This document shows positions 59,778 through 64,000 of a stretch of 64,000 nucleotides of DNA, piece by piece. The notes beneath the pieces are model-generated. The model was not told where the DNA came from. It saw nothing but the letters and a program-made list of their open reading frames with translations, and did not search any database. The position numbers and the translations under genes are program-made. Source of the stretch: a bacterium (GTDB taxonomy: Bacteria; Hinthialibacterota; Hinthialibacteria; Hinthialibacterales; Hinthialibacteraceae); NCBI GenBank assembly GCA_963662285.2, contig CAXXMV010000002.1:1344001-1408000 (forward strand), in the 5' to 3' direction. How positions within the stretch are numbered: position 1 is the stretch's first letter; each line of letters starts with the position of its first letter.

Positions 59778-59936
59778 ATGACTGCATTCTTGATATACAT
59801 AAGTTTATCTTTCTTGATCGGGAAGATCGGTGAAAACCGTCGCCTTGGTTTTTGGGGGTATCTTTTTGCCTCATTAATATTCACGCCGCTTGGAGGATTA
59901 TTGTTGTTATTTCCTTCAGAACCAAATGATTCTTAA
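59778..59936 (+). CDS. Unannotated 52-aa two-TM membrane protein
   Basis: MTAFLIYISLSFLIGKIGENRRLGFWGYLFASLIFTPLGGLLLLFPSEPNDS; below the ORF-track cutoff; fills the gap between two same-strand genes; no strong SD. Confidence 0.7.
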   Translation: MTAFLIYISLSFLIGKIGENRRLGFWGYLFASLIFTPLGGLLLLFPSEPNDS

Positions 59937-59948
59937 TTTTGATATTAA

Positions 59949-59987
59949 CCATCCATCACAGAGAATTTGATTTTCTGTGATGGATGG
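59949..59987 (+). other. Strong intercistronic hairpin (18-bp stem)
   Basis: CCATCCATCACAGAGAAT-TTG-ATTTTCTGTGATGGATGG; no U-tract. Confidence 0.6.
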
Positions 59988-60006
59988 CTGTTAATTACAA
60001 CATACC

Positions 60007-61641
60007 ATGGATTTTTTTTCCTACCTCAAAAAGAATTCCGATGCATTTCAAATAAAATTATTGTTTGCCTATAGTCTGGTTGGATTATTAAATTTCATCA
60101 TACTCTCCTTGATCATGTATTCCATGAATGAAGGGCAAAACAATAACCACTATATCAATTTTGCTTTTCTGTGCATCAGTATTGCATTATTCGTCTATTT
60201 TCAAAAATACACCTTAGATCAAACCACTATCATCTTTGAAAACATCATAACCAAGGTTCGAATCCGTCTGGCGGATATGATTCGCAAAGCCAATTTAACC
60301 AATTTTGATAAAGTGGGAACTTTGCGTTATCGAACTCTGCTTACTCAAGAGACTACCAATATATCCAATGCGGCCAAAATGCTGACCAAAATGGTCACCT
60401 CGGCAACGGTCGTAATTATTGCCTGCATTTACATTGGTTATTTATCATTACCGAGTTTATTGTTAATCGCGATATTCCTCTCATATGGAATCTTTCAATA
60501 TATCCAGAACATCAACGAGTATCAGGAAAAAGCGGAAATCGCCATCCATAAGGAACATTATTTTTTTGATTTGATGAATCATTATTTTCGGGGATTCAAG
60601 GAACTGAAAGTCGATGAATCCAAGAATAGCGATTTATTCGGCGGTTATCTGGAACCCAATGCAGAAGAGACCCAGGCTCTTAAGCAGGATGCTTCAGAAC
60701 AATTAAACAAAACGATTATTTTTGCACAGGTTTTCTTTTATATTCTGATAGGCGTGATCATCTTTTTGCTGCCTAAATTGGTTTTTATTAACTCAACAGC
60801 GCTAATTCAAATTGCCATCATTACCCTTTTTATAACTAGCGGACCGCTAGCTGAATTGGTGAATGGATTACCTTTTCTAGAGCGCGCCAATTTGGCAATC
60901 CGTCGGCTGGAATCTATCGAAAAAGAACTGGCTAGCCAGGGAAACGACGAGGTTTTTGCTGAAGAGCAGAGCGAACTTACGCCGGATTTTCAATCTTTAC
61001 AATTCGAGGATATTGGTTTTAAGTATGAGACGACTGATGAAAATTCATCCTTTCAGATCGGGCCAGTCAACTTCACGGTAAACCGTGGAGAGATTATTTT
61101 TATCATGGGTGGGAATGGTTCGGGTAAATCCACGTTATTGAAAGTCTTAACTGGCTTGTATAAGGCAACTAAGGGTAAGATTCTATGGAATTCAAATTCA
61201 GTCGGCCCCGCAAACCTGCAAGACTATCAATCAAATTTCAGCGTCATTTTTCAGGATTACCACCTGTTCAACCGGGTGTATGGACAAAATGAGATCGATA
61301 TGGATCGGGTGAAACAGCTGCTGGTTGAAATGAATTTACATGATAAAACCAGAATTCTCAAAGATGGATCAATCACTCATACCGATTTGTCATCCGGCCA
61401 AAAAAAGAGACTGGCATTGGTTTTAGCTGAACTGGAAGATAGAGAAATCTTTATATTTGATGAATGGGCGGCGGATCAAGATCCCGTATTTCGTAAGTAC
61501 TTTTATGAGAAATACTTAAAGAAATTAGTGCAACGAGGAAAAACAGTTATTGCAGTTAGTCATGATGACCATTATTATGATGTAGCAGACCGGATATATC
61601 AAATGGATTATGGAACACTGAAAAAATTTGAATCCCGATAA
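60007..61641 (+). CDS. Cyclic peptide export ABC transporter (PvdE/SyrD/YojI family; fused TMD-NBD)
   Basis: GFKELK, Walker A GGNGSGKST, LSSGQKKRLAL, family signature DEWAADQDPVFRKYFY, SHDD. Confidence 0.92.
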   Translation: MDFFSYLKKNSDAFQIKLLFAYSLVGLLNFIILSLIMYSMNEGQNNNHYINFAFLCISIALFVYFQKYTLDQTTIIFENIITKVRIRLADMIRKANLTNFDKVGTLRYRTLLTQETTNISNAAKMLTKMVTSATVVIIACIYIGYLSLPSLLLIAIFLSYGIFQYIQNINEYQEKAEIAIHKEHYFFDLMNHYFRGFKELKVDESKNSDLFGGYLEPNAEETQALKQDASEQLNKTIIFAQVFFYILIGVIIFLLPKLVFINSTALIQIAIITLFITSGPLAELVNGLPFLERANLAIRRLESIEKELASQGNDEVFAEEQSELTPDFQSLQFEDIGFKYETTDENSSFQIGPVNFTVNRGEIIFIMGGNGSGKSTLLKVLTGLYKATKGKILWNSNSVGPANLQDYQSNFSVIFQDYHLFNRVYGQNEIDMDRVKQLLVEMNLHDKTRILKDGSITHTDLSSGQKKRLALVLAELEDREIFIFDEWAADQDPVFRKYFYEKYLKKLVQRGKTVIAVSHDDHYYDVADRIYQMDYGTLKKFESR

Positions 61642-62709
61642 ATGAGCGCAATGAAACAAGACAAAAGCAAAAAATCCTCCCGATTCAGAAATAGTCGATT
61701 TTATCCACTATGGAAAAAATGGCGGCTTCGCTTGGAAATAGTTCTTTTTCTATTGGTTATCATAGTTGTATTTTGCTGGGACAAGATTTTTATCACCATT
61801 CATTCAGGTGAACTGGGGGTTCATTTCCGTCGATTCAGTGGGACGGTCTTGGATAAACCACCTTTGGCGGAAGGTCTTCATATTATTTTTCCTCTGGATA
61901 TAGTGGAAATTTATGATGTCAGGCAGCAGGAATATAATCATACCTTCAATGTCCTGGCCAATGATGGATTGCATGTTGAGGTGGATGTATCCATACGTTA
62001 CCACCCCAGCCGTGAGAAAACCGACTTGAATTATCTTCATGTTCATTTGGGACCAGATTATCTGGATCGCGTCATTATACCAGAAGTGGAATCTGCGCTC
62101 CGCTTTGTTATAGGTAAATACGATCCGGAAGAGTTATATCATGCCGAATATGGCATGTTGGATGCGGCTCTAAATGAATCATTACTGCAATTGAAAGAGA
62201 ATTATATTGTTCTCGACGATTTGTTAATCAAGCAAGTCATTCTGCCAGAATTTGTTCAGAAAGCAATTGAAGAAAAACTTACTGAATTTCACAATGCCGA
62301 AAAATATAAATATCTTTTGAAGCAAGCCGAGGAAGAGGCTAAACGAAAAGTCATCCTGGCCACTGGTATCCGTGATTTTCAAGATATAGTTTCGGAAGGG
62401 ATTTCCCCTGAGTTGTTAAGATGGCGAGGTATTGAAGCTACCCTGGAACTGGCCAAATCTAACAACGCCAAAATTGTCATTATCGGCAGCGCTGAAGATG
62501 GATTGCCGCTAATATTGAATACCGGCGATATGGCTAATCCGGTTCCTTCTGTAACCAGTGCATTTGAATTTGAGCATAACGCATCATCCCTGATACCCGG
62601 CGCCAGTGGAACAGTTCCTGCAGAAGGCGTCAGCAGCGCTTTGAATCTTGGGGAAGGATTACAAGGTTTAGATGCAGCCAATCTTTTAAGAGATAATCAA
62701 AAACAATAG
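61642..62709 (+). CDS. SPFH/prohibitin-family membrane protein
   Basis: N-terminal TM; GELGV, EGLH, IYDVR, DGL.V.VD.SIRY, AIEEK, A.GI, WRGIEAT, GLPLIL. Confidence 0.9.
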   Translation: MSAMKQDKSKKSSRFRNSRFYPLWKKWRLRLEIVLFLLVIIVVFCWDKIFITIHSGELGVHFRRFSGTVLDKPPLAEGLHIIFPLDIVEIYDVRQQEYNHTFNVLANDGLHVEVDVSIRYHPSREKTDLNYLHVHLGPDYLDRVIIPEVESALRFVIGKYDPEELYHAEYGMLDAALNESLLQLKENYIVLDDLLIKQVILPEFVQKAIEEKLTEFHNAEKYKYLLKQAEEEAKRKVILATGIRDFQDIVSEGISPELLRWRGIEATLELAKSNNAKIVIIGSAEDGLPLILNTGDMANPVPSVTSAFEFEHNASSLIPGASGTVPAEGVSSALNLGEGLQGLDAANLLRDNQKQ

Positions 62710-62762
62710 TCCTACCAACTTCTAAGCGCCTGGCATACTAACATTCATATTGGAGTTTTCCG

Positions 62763-64000
62763 ATGAAACGCGTCTCTTTTTGTAAATTAATATCAATTTG
62801 GATGTTTCTTCTTGTCATAATCTGGCCGGTTAATGCTTCTGCAGAGGAGAAAACAGAAATTCTGCGATTGAATATTTTTGAACGATATTATAAATATATG
62901 ATGCCGCATTTTCAGGATTTTATTGATATCACCAATAAGAAATACGGTATAATTCTAGATGTAACTACTGTAATAACAACCGATTCTGATAGTTTATACT
63001 ATGCAACAAAAAATAAAGACATAGATATTATCGTTCTCTCCATGAATAATTTAAGAAGCGAGAATTATCCTTACATCGCCAATAAATTAGTGATCCCTAT
63101 AGATATAGAAAAAATCCCCAATTATCAAAATATTAATCCATTGTTTCAGGAAAAACCACAAATTATGGATGAAGGTTACCATTACGGCCTTCCTATTTTT
63201 GCGGGTTTACATTCTCTGGCATATAATGCAGATATTGTCAATGAAGAGCCAGACAGCTGGTCAGTGCTTTGGGATAAAGACAACGCTAAAAAATATTCCA
63301 TTTGCTCTAACTATCCAGAAGGTAATATTTTCATAACCGCACTGGCATTAGGGTCAAAAGCGCAAGATCTAAGCGATTATAATTCTTTAATCCACCAGAT
63401 ACCATTAAATACATTGAGAACCAAACTCAATCAGCTTACATCGAATGTATATTCATATTATCCGGTTTATCCTTCGCTGGGTGAAATGAAACACCTCTCT
63501 TATACAACTACATGGGGACTCAGGGTTCTAGAAGCGCAGAAGCAAGGAATGAACTGGAAAACAGTGTATCCCAAAGAAGGGTGCAAGGGATGGCTGGATA
63601 TTCTCGCCATCACATCCGCAGTCACCCCGAACAGCAGGAAATATGATATCTGTCTTGATTTTTTCAACTATTTCCTGAGGAATGAGTTACAGGTAAAATG
63701 CACCGAAAACGGGGATCTTATTCCAGTTACGTATAATGCAACAACACACGACAGCAGCCAATATAGTTTTAGTGAAGATTATTTCGTATCAGCATTCCAT
63801 AGTGAGGAGATTGAAACGGATACCATGCGGCTTATTGATGCGCTATGGAAATATGCCATGACTCAGAAATCTACGAGTATTATTTTCAAAGATAAATATG
63901 AAGATAGTGAGATTATGGGTACTGAAGGAGATGATAATGATCTGGATTTTATCCATGCAGGTTCTTATTATAAACGCGGAAAAAAGATTGCCGAAGAACG
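62763..64000 (+). CDS. Extracellular solute-binding protein (PotD-like) with a C-terminal extension; runs off the window
   Basis: GGAG SD; signal peptide; PIDIEKIPNYQNI, LAYNAD, PDSWSVLWD, PKEG..GWLD; frame open for more than 410 codons; absent from the ORF track because there is no stop in the window. Confidence 0.8.
   Translation, partial: MKRVSFCKLISIWMFLLVIIWPVNASAEEKTEILRLNIFERYYKYMMPHFQDFIDITNKKYGIILDVTTVITTDSDSLYYATKNKDIDIIVLSMNNLRSENYPYIANKLVIPIDIEKIPNYQNINPLFQEKPQIMDEGYHYGLPIFAGLHSLAYNADIVNEEPDSWSVLWDKDNAKKYSICSNYPEGNIFITALALGSKAQDLSDYNSLIHQIPLNTLRTKLNQLTSNVYSYYPVYPSLGEMKHLSYTTTWGLRVLEAQKQGMNWKTVYPKEGCKGWLDILAITSAVTPNSRKYDICLDFFNYFLRNELQVKCTENGDLIPVTYNATTHDSSQYSFSEDYFVSAFHSEEIETDTMRLIDALWKYAMTQKSTSIIFKDKYEDSEIMGTEGDDNDLDFIHAGSYYKRGKKIAEE

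Noticed and set aside
59739-59780. TAG read-through fusing DUF697 to the in-frame 52-aa ORF
   Set aside because: In-frame arrangement over 12 codons is easily chance; no pyl genes or recoding signal seen, and TAG is a normal stop elsewhere in the window (e.g. ftsZ, amtB).

Overview
Chromosomal window from a diderm bacterium (OmpA lipoprotein, lipoboxes, a Tat substrate); the lineage cannot be fixed from sequence alone. 1-13.3 kb is a reduced dcw cluster (ftsI-murE-mraY-murD-ftsW-murG-murC-ftsQ-ftsA-ftsZ, with no murF, murB or ddl). The rest mixes housekeeping genes (rsmB, hisN, hisH, fmt, gatB, metG, amtB) with accessory genes and several families of REP-like palindromes. Most notable: (i) an archaeal/eukaryote-type TyrRS directly downstream of a tRNA-Tyr(GUA) that has an archaeal C1:G72 pair on a bacterial long-variable-arm body; (ii) an uncharacterised envelope/export module at the right end (divergent lipoprotein, DUF697-like protein, an unannotated 52-aa membrane protein, a PvdE/SyrD-type peptide ABC exporter, an SPFH protein and an extended solute-binding protein) with no peptide biosynthesis genes in view; (iii) a KAP NTPase / Lys-rich linker / FGE-CLec fusion that may be a defence receptor; (iv) an ECF sigma locus with two matching candidate promoters; (v) an orphan SufR-like regulator behind a near-consensus sigma-54 site; (vi) truncated PII and Acr3 remnants. 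No CRISPR array, rRNA, integrase, transposase or reverse transcriptase was seen. All family assignments come from motif recognition, not database searches.
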